DNA of 64,000 nt. Origin: Pseudovirgaria hyperparasitica (lineage: Eukaryota). The notes under the pieces were generated by a model. The model saw only the letters and a program-made list of their open reading frames with translations, did no database searches and was not told the origin of the DNA. This document shows, in pieces, positions 51,528-64,000 of this stretch (position 1 is its first letter; every line of letters starts with the position of its first letter). The position numbers were made by a program, and so were the translations under genes. Where the stretch lies: the NCBI GenBank assembly GCA_010093815.1, contig ML996595.1. One strand, given 5' to 3'.

Positions 51528-53668
51528 TCAAGTCTTGCGCTTTCTAGGCGTTGCAAGAAAGTTGAGGCGAGACGAAGTAAGTCCGCTAGTTCGCTTTGTA
51601 TCGGTACGTCGCAATGGCCTGGCTGAGGTTTTCGCGGGCGTATTTACCTTCGATGGAGCAGTAGATGTTTGGTCGACCGACTTTCTAGCTCTTTTGCGAT
51701 TGCGACCCTCTTCAATGTCGTCTTCATTCTCGGCCGATGGCTTGTTTTCTTTGTCGCTCTCTAGGCTTTCCTCTACATCATCAAGCTTGCGCTTCTTACC
51801 AATATTCTGAACACCTTCACAAACATTGCTACCTTGAGTCTTACGGATCGATTTGATGCCTGAAGTCACCGGACCGAAAGAAACTTGCCTCTCAGATCTG
51901 AAAGTGAAACTACCAGGAATCGATAGCTCGTTCAAAGTCTTGCGGCGGCGAGAGGGTGCAGGGGATGGAGAGCTGGTAGAAGCGGTAAGAGAAGGATAAT
52001 CGATCTCGAGAGAAGGGTACTCGATCGGTGGCTCGACATCGTCCGTGTTTGCGACCGGCGTTGGAGTCTTCGGGGCATCACGTTCGGCCCTGGCTACGGT
52101 GCTCGCTGTGAACTCAACACGTCTAGTCTTGCTGACTGGTGCAGTAAATGGTACAGCTGGAAGTGACTTGTCTATATTGGAACCGTATTTGACGCGATCC
52201 GGAGTTGCAACATGAGTGCCTGCTGCTATCTTAAGCGGATCATTCGAGAAATGCCGCTGAGGGCTTCGCAAAATACCGCGAACACCACCTTTCTGCCTTA
52301 GAGAGTCACTGATCTGCTGAACACCTTCTCTGATTGTACTTTTGGCTCGCGAAGGGCTGATATTACGTCTCAGTGGAGTGCGAGTTGATGGCGTGCGAAG
52401 AAGTGAGGGAATGTTGGACTGGGGCGTCTTGGCAACTCTTACGCTCTGGGCCCGAGCAAGAGACGATCTGGTTGGAGTGCAGACTGAAGGAAGTCTCGAG
52501 ATGCTTGCTGGAAGCTTGGGAATCATAGTTTTGGGTGTGGCAGACTTATCAGCTGGTCGCATGGAAGAAACATCCTGCTCAGCGCTGTGTTTGTTCCGTT
52601 TGTTAGAGAAGATGACTGCAGGAATATCCTCAACTGTTTCAGAGACTAGCTTGACAGTAGATCTCGGACGAGCACCTGAGCTGGCATGCGCCGGGAGTCT
52701 TGACATCGAGGGTGAAGGTCTCACTGCTGGCGGAGCGTCTTCGTCATCAAGCTGGGCCTTCGATGGCGAGCGCTTAAGAGACTTCCGCACCTCTGCTTGC
52801 TTGAAGCGGTTGGGGTCTGCTCTAAACGATGATGGATGGTTGGCAATTGAGTCCATCCTCTTGAACTGTTCCATGTGCACGTCGCTGAAGCGACCTGCTT
52901 TACCTTTCGCCTGGGCGTACTTTCGACCTCCAACTCCGTTGATATCAGCGATAGATGCACCTGCATGTTTGGCGGCCATCATTTGGGCCTTGATCATGGC
53001 AGCTTCTTCGCGTGTCTCTTCCATCAGCTGGCGAGCTTCGGGGCTCAGCTCGAAAGATGGCCGAGTCACACGAAACTTAAACTCTGGGGTACTAAGCACG
53101 CTTTTTTGAGCGGTTGTGGGTATCTTTGTAGGGGTTGCTTGGGTATAAATTAGTTTATTCACGCCCTTGGACGGCTCTGTATGCGCGCCCTTGCTGAGAA
53201 AGCCCAGCCAACGAGCTTCTTCGAGTGGCTTGGTGGTGGTCTGGTGGTGAAGCTGCGGGTGCATCTCTTTCTCGCTGGGTTTGATAGGTGTTTTGTTGCG
53301 GGGTGTACGCTGAGTGATACCGGTGAGATTGCCGAAGGAGAACATGGACTTCTTTGGTGTTGCTACCAGGGAGGTCTGAAGGGATTTGGGGACGACGACA
53401 TCTGGGGTGTTCTGTCGTTCGCCCGTCTCAGGAAGGCTTGCAAGCGACATATCACTGGTCGAAGCGATGCGTTCGCCAACAACAGGTGCAGGCGAAGGGG
53501 GTTTGAGTTCCTACCCAGGGAATGTTAGTTCGTTTGATACATGAGTGCTAATGGCAATCGATAAGACTCTAGACAGTCGATAGCATGAGGAGAATCATTG
53601 CCCGGGTGCATGGTAAGAAGAATTTGGCGCACCTTCCCAAGCCGAGCGGAGCGGCGAGTCCTAGGCAT
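51528..53668 (-). CDS. Basic, S/T/P-rich conserved fungal protein with NuSAP-like motif
   Basis: Exon 53668-53633 (MPRTRRSARLGK), intron 53632-53511, then a long exon in frame with the 640-aa ORF; RFSDVHMEQFKRMDSI; C-terminal LNFLATPRKRK. Confidence 0.8.
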
Positions 53669-55059
53669 CGTGGTGGATCCTGTCGGGCTGTTGACAAAAC
53701 AAGGGCGATGAAGGGTAGAGCAGAGTAGGGTTCGCGTAGATGTCTGAATCTGTTTTGCCTTGCTAGCGGAACGGCAAACGGGCAGAGGAAGAGAAAGAAC
53801 AAAAGAAAACTGCGGACACGATGAGGTAATGAGGGTCAAGTTGGAGAATCACCGAGTTCAGTGCCAGTTCGTTTCCGTCAGAAGAGGTGGAGCAGCTGTG
53901 CTGTCAAAAGTTAGGTAAATCGACGAGTGCGAGTGTCAACAAACACCATACCCCATAGAGCTTAGCCTGAAGTCCGTGCACGGGAACGATCGGTCCTTCA
54001 GCCAAGGGTATGCGTCGAAATCTTATTATTCAACAATTATTTGCTGACTTGCTACCAGTTCCATCAAACTTGCATGCAGAGCCGTTCACTCATTGCTCAA
54101 TCGTCCCCGCTGAAGATTGCCACAGCAATGCTAGCCGCCAAGGTGCGGATGTCTGTCTGTCTGGATGGTCCATGGCAACTCGGCTCTTATCTTGACTCGA
54201 TTGACAGCCAAAGACGCCGTGCGAGGACGCTTCGTCTCCGGGACACCCTGGACATACTTTCGAGGAGAAAAGACAGCCAAAGGTATCATGGTTGGCATAG
54301 ACATACGTTCGACACTCTGTCGGAAGACAGCCATCCTGTGTACGCATAGAGAGCCACTCAACTGCGTTACCCTCATTCATGTCTAACGGTCTTGCCTGGG
54401 ACAAAAAACGGGTTACTATTTCAAGACACACCATGAAGCGGGAGAATCAACTACAATCAGGCGAAAATTTGATATATATATCAAGTGGCGACGTACACTA
54501 TGCACATTATGCTAAGACTGACGAGCATCCGCGGCCGTATCAATCTCAATGTACTATGAATCGTGGTAGCGCTACTATTACAGCACCCAAGTTGCTCACG
54601 TTCTGACAGGTCAAGCTACACTAGCGACTTGACCATTTCTTTCGACTTGCGGTAGGCTTGGTAGTAACGCCATCGATGTCATGCGCTCGTACAGAATATC
54701 TGGCGATGCTAGAGGAACCCACTTACAACACCAGTATCATTATTACCTGCGGTTCAACTCTCGCTGGAACCTCTCCGCGCTTCCCCGCAGTGCCAAGAAG
54801 ACGCCTCTCCGGTTTTCTGCTAGGGCCCCCAGGCAAAACAGCTGGTGATCGAATGCCGCACAGTCCTCGCAGTAAGCATCGGCGCCGCAACTGCTTGCTT
54901 CAACCTATTGACTGCTTTGATGTCCATGTATATAACTAATAGTCCAGTGTAACCTTCACTCCTAAGTGGGTCGTCTCGCCGGAATTGTCTGGGTATATAC
55001 TTCCCCGTCATGTCCTCCCAGCAGACCTTCCACAGCTCTCCTCAATCGCTCGACCTAAG

Positions 55060-58000
55060 ATGGCTCAGTTAGCTTTGCTGATTGTGTGTCTCACAGCTTC
55101 AGTTGCTGCCGCTCCGTATGCGGGTGCTACAAAGTTAGAGCGCAGACAGTCGTTGGAAAGTTGTCCAGGTTACACTGCCTCAAATGTCCTGTCAAGTCCC
55201 AATTCATTGACTGCCGAGCTCTCTCTTTCTGGAGACGCCTGCAATGTGTACGGCACTGATATTGATTCCTTGCTACTTACTGTTACGTATGAGACAGGTA
55301 TATCATGCGACAACGCCATTATAGGTAGAAATGTATTGACCAATTGCAGACAAACGGCTACATGTCCTGATTGAGGACGCTTCACATGAAATTTATCGTG
55401 TTCCGGAATCTGTATTGCCGCGACCAGTTTCTCAAAACTCGACTGTGGACGAGTCAGATCTCGAGTTCAGCTATGGAGAGTCTCCTTTTACTTTCACTGT
55501 GAAGAGAAAGTCCACGGGAGAGGCCCTTTTCGACTCGTCGGCAGCACCTTTGGTGTTTGAAGATCAGTACCTACGTTTGAGAACGGCTTTGCCAGAAGAC
55601 CCTAATTTGTACGGACTTGGCGAGCATTCTGACAGTTTCCGTCTTAACACCACAAATTACACTCGTACTATGTGGTCGAGAGATGCCTTTGGCATTCCAG
55701 AAGGATCGAATCTTTACGGGAACCACCCAATCTATTTTGATCATCGTGAGAGTGGATCTCATGGTGTCTTTCTGCTGTCCAGCGCTGGCATGGATATCAA
55801 GATCAACAATACTCAAGCAGAGGGTCAATACCTTGAGTATAACACCCTTGGTGGTGTTATCGATCTCTACTTCTTGGCTGGAGACACTCCATTGGACGTG
55901 TCGAAGCAATACGCAGAGCTCGTAGGTCTCCCAGCCATGAACTCGTATTGGAGTCTTGGCTTTCACAACTGTCGCTACGGCTACCGTGACTTTTATGCTG
56001 TTGCAGAGACTATCGCGAATTATAGTAGTGCAGGTATCCCGCTGGAAACACAATGGACTGGTACGTTTCATCATAAAGTGAATGCAGCGACGATCATCAG
56101 TTCAGCGATACTTCAATATTAACTGCAAAATGGTGAACGTATCGCTAGACTGGCGTCCTAATACTGCACTGGAGGAAAAAAACATTGCTAACCTTGATAG
56201 ACATCGACTATATGTACGAGCGTTGGATCTTCACTGTTGATCCGACCCGCTTCGAAATTGCTCGTGTTCGAGACATTGTTGACTACCTCCACGAGCATGA
56301 TCAGCACTACATTGTCATGGTAGATCCTGCTGTGGCCTACAATGACTTTGGCAACTATTCTACCCTCAGTCGTGGCATCGACCAAGATGTCTTCATGAAG
56401 TATGACAATGGTACGATTTTCACTGGTGTTGTATGGCCTGGTCCTACTGTATTCCCTGATTGGTTCCACCCAAACACGCAAGCCTTTTGGAGCAATGAAT
56501 TTGCTCAGTTCTTCGACCCTGGAGATGGGATCGATATCGACGGACTCTGGATTGACATGAACGAAGCTGCCAACTTCTGCCCATTCCCTTGCTTAGATCC
56601 AGTTGGGTATAGCGAGAACAACCGTTTCCCGCCTCAGAGACCTTTCCTGAGATCTCAGCCTCGCGAGATCCCCGGTTTTCCGGCCGAATTCCAACCCGGC
56701 GCTCAGGACTATCCGCCAGACAGCTTACCTTACAACGATCCGAATCTTGCGCCTCCTGCAAGTCCTAACTCCGGTCCAAACAACAAGCGCCAAGCGTCCG
56801 AGATTCCAGGTCAATCATTCAGTGCAGAATTGACTACTCCAGTTGGCGTGGAAGGGCGCAATCTGCTCGCACCTCCATATCGTATCAATAATGCAAACAC
56901 CTTCCAGGATATTGGTGGTAATAGTAATCAAACAATTCGGACAGACCTTCACCATTATCATGGGCTGGCTGATCTTGATGTTCACAATCTGTATGGAACA
57001 ATGATGTCTGAAGCATCGCGAGGAGCTATGATCGACCGTCGTCCTAAGCTGCGACCCTTGGTTATAACGCGAAGCACTTTTGCTGGTGCCGGTCGTAAGA
57101 CGGGCAAGTGGCTAGGAGATAATCTCTCAATATGGGATCATTATCGGAACCAGATCCAGGGTATGCTTGACTTTAGTGCCATATACCAGGTCCCCATGGT
57201 AGGCTCTGATGTCTGTGGCTTTGGTCAAAACACGACTGAGACGCTTTGTGCTCGTTGGGCAATGTTGGGAGCTTTCAATCCTTTTTACCGCAACCACAAC
57301 CAGGACAGCGCCCTGCCACAGGAATTCTACATCTGGCCATCCGTCACTGCTGCCGCGAAGAAAGCCATTGATATCCGCTACCGCTTGTTGGACTACTTCT
57401 ACACTGCCTTGTACGAGCAAACTCTTGACGGAACACCCTCTCTAAACCCTCTTTTCTTCAAGTACCCAACGGATTCTGAGACCTTTGGTAACGCTTTACA
57501 GTTTTTCTACGGCCCCAGCATTCTTGTCAGTCCAGTCACGGAAGAGAACTCGACCAGCGTCTCGATCTACATACCCAAAGATACTCTATATGATTTCTAC
57601 ACATATGAGAAGGTTGACGGCCAGGGTGAGTGGGTCAATCTGACCGATGTAGCCTTCGATCACATCCCACTTCACATCAAGGGTGGTTCCATCATCCCCT
57701 TCCGCAGTGAAAGCGCCATGACTACCACAGAAGTACGTACTAAGCCTTTCGACGTCGTCATTGCCCCTGGCTCGGACGGGAATGCATCTGGCTCGCTATA
57801 CCTGGACGACGGTGTCTCCATTGAGCAGGAGCATGGTTGGACGTACCTCAAATTCTCATACAACAGCAATGAATTGCACATCACCGGCGGATTCGGTTAT
57901 CAAGAAGAGGGCAACAAGATCGCCAAGTTCACTGTTCTGGGCGTCGAGTCCGCGCCGGCAGTCGTTACTGTCAGCAAGAAGGGCGAGTACAATCTCCAGT

Positions 58001-58104
58001 CGAGTGGTGGATCTGGTTGTTATACATTCGACGCGGGCAGGAACGTACTAACCATTACGGCGGAAATTCCGTTGGATGCCAATACCACAATTTCGTGGCA
58101 CTGA
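55060..58104 (+). CDS. Secreted GH31 alpha-glucosidase
   Basis: Signal peptide; exons 55060-55297, 55350-56060, 56201-58104; YGLGEH, WTDIDYM, nucleophile WIDMNE, acid/base [12 protein letters not shown]. Confidence 0.96.
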
Positions 58105-59829
58105 GTATAGTGTATAAACAACTCAATGCACGATGCTCCCAAAAAATTACAGATATTGAAAAGTATGGTTGATTAGTGTATATGAAAGTAACCAACAAAT
58201 CTGAAGTGGTCGATCATACCACGTATTCTTTATGTGCTGCAACGTCTTGCACGGTATTGACATTAGCTTTAGAATAAGTCTAGACCTCTTCGTTCTCTTG
58301 CTATTGCGACACCTCCATGCCCTCAATGAGGATTGAAATTAATTATGAAGTTGGTGACACTTTCACTCACGAACGATTCGATCCAACAAAGCTAGCTTTT
58401 GAGCCTGGCTACAAGGTCATTCAGTGGACGCAGTAGCTGCACCATGCCATTTTTCTCGAGCTATCATGGCTAAAAATCCCGTCGTATTCTCTCAATGGAG
58501 GTCTTCTCCTTCTTTTAAACACGGCTTTATGTCCATAATTGAAATCGTAAAGTATCTAGTCATCAGCTGCACATTAGTCTCAACATCTCAATACTTTAGC
58601 CAGAATTGCAATCTATACCCTAACGGAGTTAGCACATTAGGTTCAATAATGCGAGTGTTATGTTTAGATCTCTGTCTGGCAGCTGAAGATAAGCATGTCA
58701 AATCCCATCTACGTATAGCCTAAGCTGGTAGTTTCTGGGCTCGAGCTATTGGATACAGACTCCCTTCCTATGCTTGGAAAAATGCTTATCGAAGCACTTG
58801 GAAGCATGGAGATGTCGCTCTAGACTTGGGTATTCTCTCGTGCTCGTAAAATCCTTTCGATATCATTCTACAGTCATCACACATGACTAGTAGAGTAGTC
58901 AGGAGCAGCGCTGGGAAGCTCTCCTGAAATTGCCCCAGAACAGATAGTTGTGAGTAAATATGCAACAGTGGTGTGGCATTCGAAGACATGTAAGACAATA
59001 TCTCAATGCTATTGTTCGTTTGATGGAACCACTCTAACTCTATTTTGAAGCTTACGCAAACTAGCAGGTGTATCAATTCGAATACTGCCTGAGGACATCA
59101 TAAGTGCATGAATGGACAAAATGATGTGCAGGTGCTCGATGGGAAAGACAGTCGGAGAACAAGCTTCGCTAGAGTTTGTTTTGTGAAGGTTGTGATTTGC
59201 TCAACATAGTAATATCGAATGAGTGCTAGTATAAGAGCTTTAGGTGAGATCCAAATGTAGCTCAGCGTAAGTTCACGCAGGATTGCCATTGCCATGGCAA
59301 CAATAAGCAGGCCATGACGTTCCTTCTCAGACAGGCACATTAGTGTACAAGCGTGCTTCGTCGCGATCTTTCATATCCTTTCGGCTTTGTTTGGCCAAAC
59401 TCTCTGAGTGCCCGTGATAGAACAACTGAGACTCATGTGGCATTTATGGGTTGCATAGCGGAATTTCATGTACAATGAATTTGGTATGGTGAATGTATCA
59501 TGTTGTATTTGAATACATATCCTTGATCGCATGGGGAAATATCAATGAATGACATGTATTACCACTGGGTGAGTCCTAGTTCCTCAGAGCTGACAACAGC
59601 TCCAGACCTGATGAGATAGGTTCGACCTAAGAAGCCGTGTACTCCGGACCTGGAGACTTCTGAAGGGGTGGGCTTACTGGACAGAAGTTACAACCATACA
59701 TCCTCGTAGTCTTCATCAGCGATCCGTCGATTGCAAAAATTCGATTGCTAAGACTGAGGAGATGAATGTGAGTACATGCTTTTCGCCTGATGGGTAATTT
59801 GACCGCCAACTGTCACAGCAGGAGAAGCA

Positions 59830-60450
59830 GAATTCGCATCAGGACTAGAAGTCCAGCCAGGCCCGGGTCTGGAAGTCAAACCCGAGCACGATGGTCTCAT
59901 CAAAGACCAGCCTGGGCTGGAGCTTGCAAATAACCAGCCGTACGATCACTCCTCCCATAACGTTGTCCAACCTCCTATACATCCAAAGCAGCGTAACTCA
60001 AGACTCCGGTGGCCTATCGCTCTCATGGTCACTATCCTCATAGCTGGAGTCGCAGCAGGGCTAGGTGGCAGCCTTACAGTGCGCAATGCAAAAAGCTCAT
60101 GTCCCAAGTTTGAGCCTACTCCTACTGATAACCCAATCACCACCACTCCGACTGGTGTTATGTCCTCGATCCTTTCACTCTCGCCAACTAGTGATATCTT
60201 CTGGCAGGCAGCTGCGAAGACAGGTGTATCAATACCATCTACTGCAGACTTCCGATACAGCGCGATCGGTGGTGCATACTTCAACGCATTCTACAATAAG
60301 GACTCGCCGAACTCTGATGCTATGGGGCTATTAGCAGAGACTTTCGAGATGTATCTTGAAGCGTGAGTTATTGCTCAAGCTAGCTCGTAGCAAACTGATA
60401 CTTACCCCTCAGGTGTGCGAATCTCGAGTATTACATACCTAACTCCACGT
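59830..60450 (+). CDS. Small hypothetical single-pass membrane protein (boundaries uncertain, possibly degenerate)
   Basis: TM-like VTILIAGVAAGLGGSL followed by a P/T-rich linker; GTGAGT..CTGAT..CAG intron at ~60362-60412. Confidence 0.4.
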
Positions 60451-61458
60451 GTCAAGGAGCAGCATGGGTCGCAAGATGGAGGATGGTCGTATAAGTAATG
60501 AGACTGCTGACAGAGATCCGCGAAAGAGGTTCGCAGAAAATTGCTTCATGAAGACGTTCGTAAGTATGCCCACGGCTATTTCGGAGGATGCCACGGCAAT
60601 CAGTTTGTGGCCTATGGGAATTGCCACTACAGTACCTGGATAAGACTGTACCACGAACCTGTTGGCCTTGTTACTTTCAATTGTTCTTGAGCGATTCTCG
60701 ATTTGCAAGGTGATATAGTAGAATCTATTGAATAACATGAGACTGGACGAGCAGTGATCGTCGAGGAGGTTCTCTTGGAGATGGACTGAGTGAGATTTCG
60801 AGCGCTCAACCCCACCATCGACTCCTCGATAAACCCGAAAGCTACTTGGCTATTATGTACTTACTGCTGCCAAACATTAGCAGGATGAAAGAATCTGAGC
60901 CAGGGACACTTTTGTTACACAGAGGACCGGTAGAATTGATAATGGAAAGTTTGATAGAATGATAATAACAATGTATGAGAGCTCATGACGTTCTGACGAC
61001 AATGGCCTTTGGGCACATTGCAACATCTCCTTAACACCACTTGTGTACTTACTGTAAAGTGTGTTCAAGTACTAGTGGGACCATCGGCCTAAAACACCTG
61101 TGGACATGTACGCTGTCTGCTCGTGCTTTATGACAAACATGAATTCACATAGGTAGGATGAACAGTTTGACACACACTCATAGCTGAATCATTCACTGCA
61201 GCGCGAAAGAGCGCTATGCTCATGCGAGTCTAGCTTGCTGACTGTTTCACATTTCCGCATACCCTAGTAGACAGTAAACAAAGACATTCCTTTTTGATTC
61301 TAGCTTGCATGTGTCATCCGTAAAGCACACAAACTTCACCGAGTCAGCCCACTTCAGCATCCAAAGCAAATATGCACTGCTACCTTAGGTCAAACTGATA
61401 TAAGCATCAAAAAGAAGTTTCCACGCTCACATCTGTTGAAGTGTTACAGTTAAGCCTC

Positions 61459-62328
61459 ATGTCACCATATTCGAATTGCGATTCGTCTTCATGGCTTAAA
61501 TCTCCTGCCATGCGCTCCGAAGTCTCCTTCCAGACAGATAGCAGCCCACCGTCTATGCAATCGAGCTTCATTTCGACCACGACAAACGCCAATTCGCTCT
61601 CAGTCCTTCGTGATCTTGACATCAACGCTCGTCAAGAGTTGCTTGAGTCTCCACTCGTACTTGTTCGAATCGCTTATACCGACATCACAATCCACATACC
61701 GTCGTCCCTCATTTCTTCTTATTCGCCGTTTGTTCGCGCTCGGATTGCCGAAGCCTACACTACATATAACAGCCAGCCATCGTCGTTCGCCGACATCTCT
61801 GCAGAGGAGGACATACCTGCAGTCACGATACCATACATTCAGGCGGCAGCTCTAGAGTACCTCGTCGATTATATGGTGTCTAGTGCTTCTATCATCGATG
61901 ATGAACCGATGCAACCCCCTACTTCACCGCGCAACACAATCATTTGCTACCATGCGATCCGAGTGCTACAGATGCCATTCTGCGAGAAGAAATTCCAAGC
62001 GACCATCATGGACTTTCTGTCCAAAGAGACATTTTCCAAGGACGACATCGAGGCGGTCTGGATCTTCATGAATGGCATCGATCCAAAAGTACCAGGTGGC
62101 GACGAGAAGATCGTGAGCCATATGGTACAGAATGTAGCCTACCGAACAGAGGAAGGGAAGCTGAAGCTCGATGGGGATGTGTGGGAGTATGTTAGGAGCA
62201 TGCCTGAGCTTGAGAGAAGGGTAAAAGATGTAGGGGACCGATTGAGGAATGATAGGGACGGCAGCAAAGGAAAGGGATTAGGACTGGGGCTGGGTTGTGG
62301 CTCCCCAGAAACTTCTTTTGGCTTCTAG
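61459..62328 (+). CDS. Hypothetical protein, possible divergent BTB/POZ fold
   Basis: ~290-aa ORF with coding-like composition; IHIPSSLISSYSPFVRA...VTIP.IQAAALEYLVDYM resembles BTB. Confidence 0.65.
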   Translation: MSPYSNCDSSSWLKSPAMRSEVSFQTDSSPPSMQSSFISTTTNANSLSVLRDLDINARQELLESPLVLVRIAYTDITIHIPSSLISSYSPFVRARIAEAYTTYNSQPSSFADISAEEDIPAVTIPYIQAAALEYLVDYMVSSASIIDDEPMQPPTSPRNTIICYHAIRVLQMPFCEKKFQATIMDFLSKETFSKDDIEAVWIFMNGIDPKVPGGDEKIVSHMVQNVAYRTEEGKLKLDGDVWEYVRSMPELERRVKDVGDRLRNDRDGSKGKGLGLGLGCGSPETSFGF

Positions 62329-62786
62329 GATACCAGTGCTTCTAAGACACCAGTGGATCAAATCAAAACAAGACACAATACCGATCCTTGGTAAAGCATG
62401 TCAGATCTACAGTTTGAAGCGAACGTTCTAAGGTGCAGCTGCGACTGCGAAGCCCAAGGGATCACAAAATGTTCTGAAAAGGATTCATGGACTAGGAAAA
62501 TAGGACGAAGGACTGCTGAAACTTGATCATGCTCGGAATTCCACTTTAGGGATCGCAAATAGATCTTTGTAGCTTTCGGATGTCAATGTCAACTGCCAAG
62601 TGTACCCGGTTTGGTGTGGTGTTGTCCAAGGAACTCGAGCTAACCATAATTGACTAGCGCCGGGGCTCATCCCACGCGTTGGTGACGTCCCAACGTCATG
62701 AAAGAATACACATCTTCCTTGGACTCATCTATCTCACACCTTGTGGAGCTACTACGCTCTCTTCCTTCTCACAATGCAGACACAAA

Positions 62787-64000
62787 ATGTCCACTACAGA
62801 CCTGACGCCTGCCCAGGCGCACGCCCTCTTCGATATTCTTACGCACCATGAAACCTATGCTGAAATTGAGAACTTCAAGTCCCCAGACGCAATTCACCAA
62901 TACGGCAAACCGTTCATCAAGGCTAGCAACGTGCCTGCAAAGTCACCGCTGTTACAGATCCTTTTTACACGTTTTGCGACCAATCTCCCAGGCCTAAGAA
63001 ATGTTGCACCCAAGTTTTGGCAAGAACAGTGCTCGACATTGCTAGAGAAGCTTGGTGGCGCAGAACTTTCTGAGAGTTATGAAAGAGGCACCCTAGGAGC
63101 AAGGAAGACTGTCGCGACAGCCATATCAGCGGTCTTAGAATATCCGGCCAGAGGTGTCATTGGAGGCTTTGCGCGTAAGAACCTACGAGACGCTGATCAT
63201 CAGTACGACATTTCAAAGGCTGAAGACGTCTTGGCCGGATGGGAAGACTTTACACAACGGCTTGTGTATGCTGACATGGTCGATGAGGTCTTTGCCAGAT
63301 GTGCTTTGACTGACAAGCTAGAGGATCACTCATCCATCGTTCAAGCTGCTCATGAGTTTATGTTGGTAAAGTACGTAGCATGTGCTTTCTCTCTTGCCTA
63401 ATGCTGATTTGCTTCCTAGCTTTGCCTCCTTCGTACATCATATCCTGATCTCCTCTCCCGATGGCCTGTATCTCCTTAAGATTATGGAGAACGCACATCG
63501 ACTCATCCCATATACACTCATTCGACAGACTTTGAAGGTTGGCAATGCTGCCTCCATGATCAATGCGATGGTCAGAGTGGTACTTGCGAAGCTTTCCGTC
63601 ACAAGTGTCACCAACTGGATAGGTCTGAGTAATAATCCCGATGATGGGATGAACCTTGTTCAGCAGATCATATCCCAAGTCCTCAAATGGGACATCAACG
63701 ACTTTCAGAAGCAAATGTTGAACATTGAAAAGACAAAGGATGGGCTCACAAAAGATCAAATCGATGCGCTTAGAGTATATTTGAGGATGGAAAGGCGAGA
63801 TCATGAAAGATTACAAGACAGAAGTCTCACCGAGGCTAAAAGTATTGCCATGGTCATCTTCGATGAGGCGAACTTACCACAAGTGCCTACCGAGCTCCAG
63901 CACTCCTTGGCATTAGAGTATCTACAGAAACTTCTGGAGGTCCGAGATCGAGAAGAGCTGATCGCTATATTATGCCGTCACAGCCCTGATATTCTTACAC
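62787..64000 (+). CDS. PX-associated (PXB) / DUF3818 protein, truncated by window end
   Basis: MSTTDLTPAQAHALFDILTHHETYAEIENFK, LSESYERGTLGARK; intron 63371-63419; continues IPYTLIRQTLKVGNAASMINAMVR. Confidence 0.85.

Noticed and set aside
52342..53109. 255-aa plus-strand ORF, and similar antisense ORFs over the GH3, GH31, TF and NUDIX genes
   Set aside because: Shadow frames of well-supported genes on the opposite strand; no motifs
45772..58104. GH3 + GH31 as a sugar-utilisation cluster
   Set aside because: Separated by unrelated housekeeping-type genes; no transporter or linked regulator adjacent
1..64000. Starship/tyrosine-recombinase captain, rRNA, tRNA, telomeric repeats, secondary-metabolite backbone gene
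   Set aside because: No supporting motifs recognised by eye; small RNA genes could have been missed

Overview
Filamentous-ascomycete genomic DNA in two sharply separated compartments. (1) 1-~30,720 is an AT-rich block carrying the RIP signature (CpA/TpG->TpA). It resolves into a nested transposon stack. A pogo/Fot1 DNA transposon holds two Ty3/Gypsy insertions: element D (1-3030, cut by the window edge) and chromovirus A (3579-29965). A holds an inverted sister copy B (6596-13978), an unrelated 11.4-kb Gypsy C (15566-26992) and a 152-bp solo LTR. Reversing RIP by hand reveals two unexpected cargo genes. Element C has a ~975-codon extra ORF ending in a PhyH-like 2OG-Fe(II) dioxygenase domain. 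Elements A/B have a 4-exon spliced antisense gene with a Cys cluster and a coiled coil. A 35-bp palindrome is shared by two different retroelement families. (2) ~30,730-64,000 is ordinary gene-rich sequence: NUDIX hydrolase, DUF1826-like 2OG-Fe(II) oxygenase, Zn2Cys6 TF, ribosomal uL13 (RPL16), PD-(D/E)xK-like protein, GH3 beta-glucosidase, Ubl-BAG protein, NuSAP-like protein, GH31 alpha-glucosidase, BTB-like protein and a PXB/DUF3818 protein. All family calls come from motif recognition by eye, and de-RIPped peptides are manual reconstructions.
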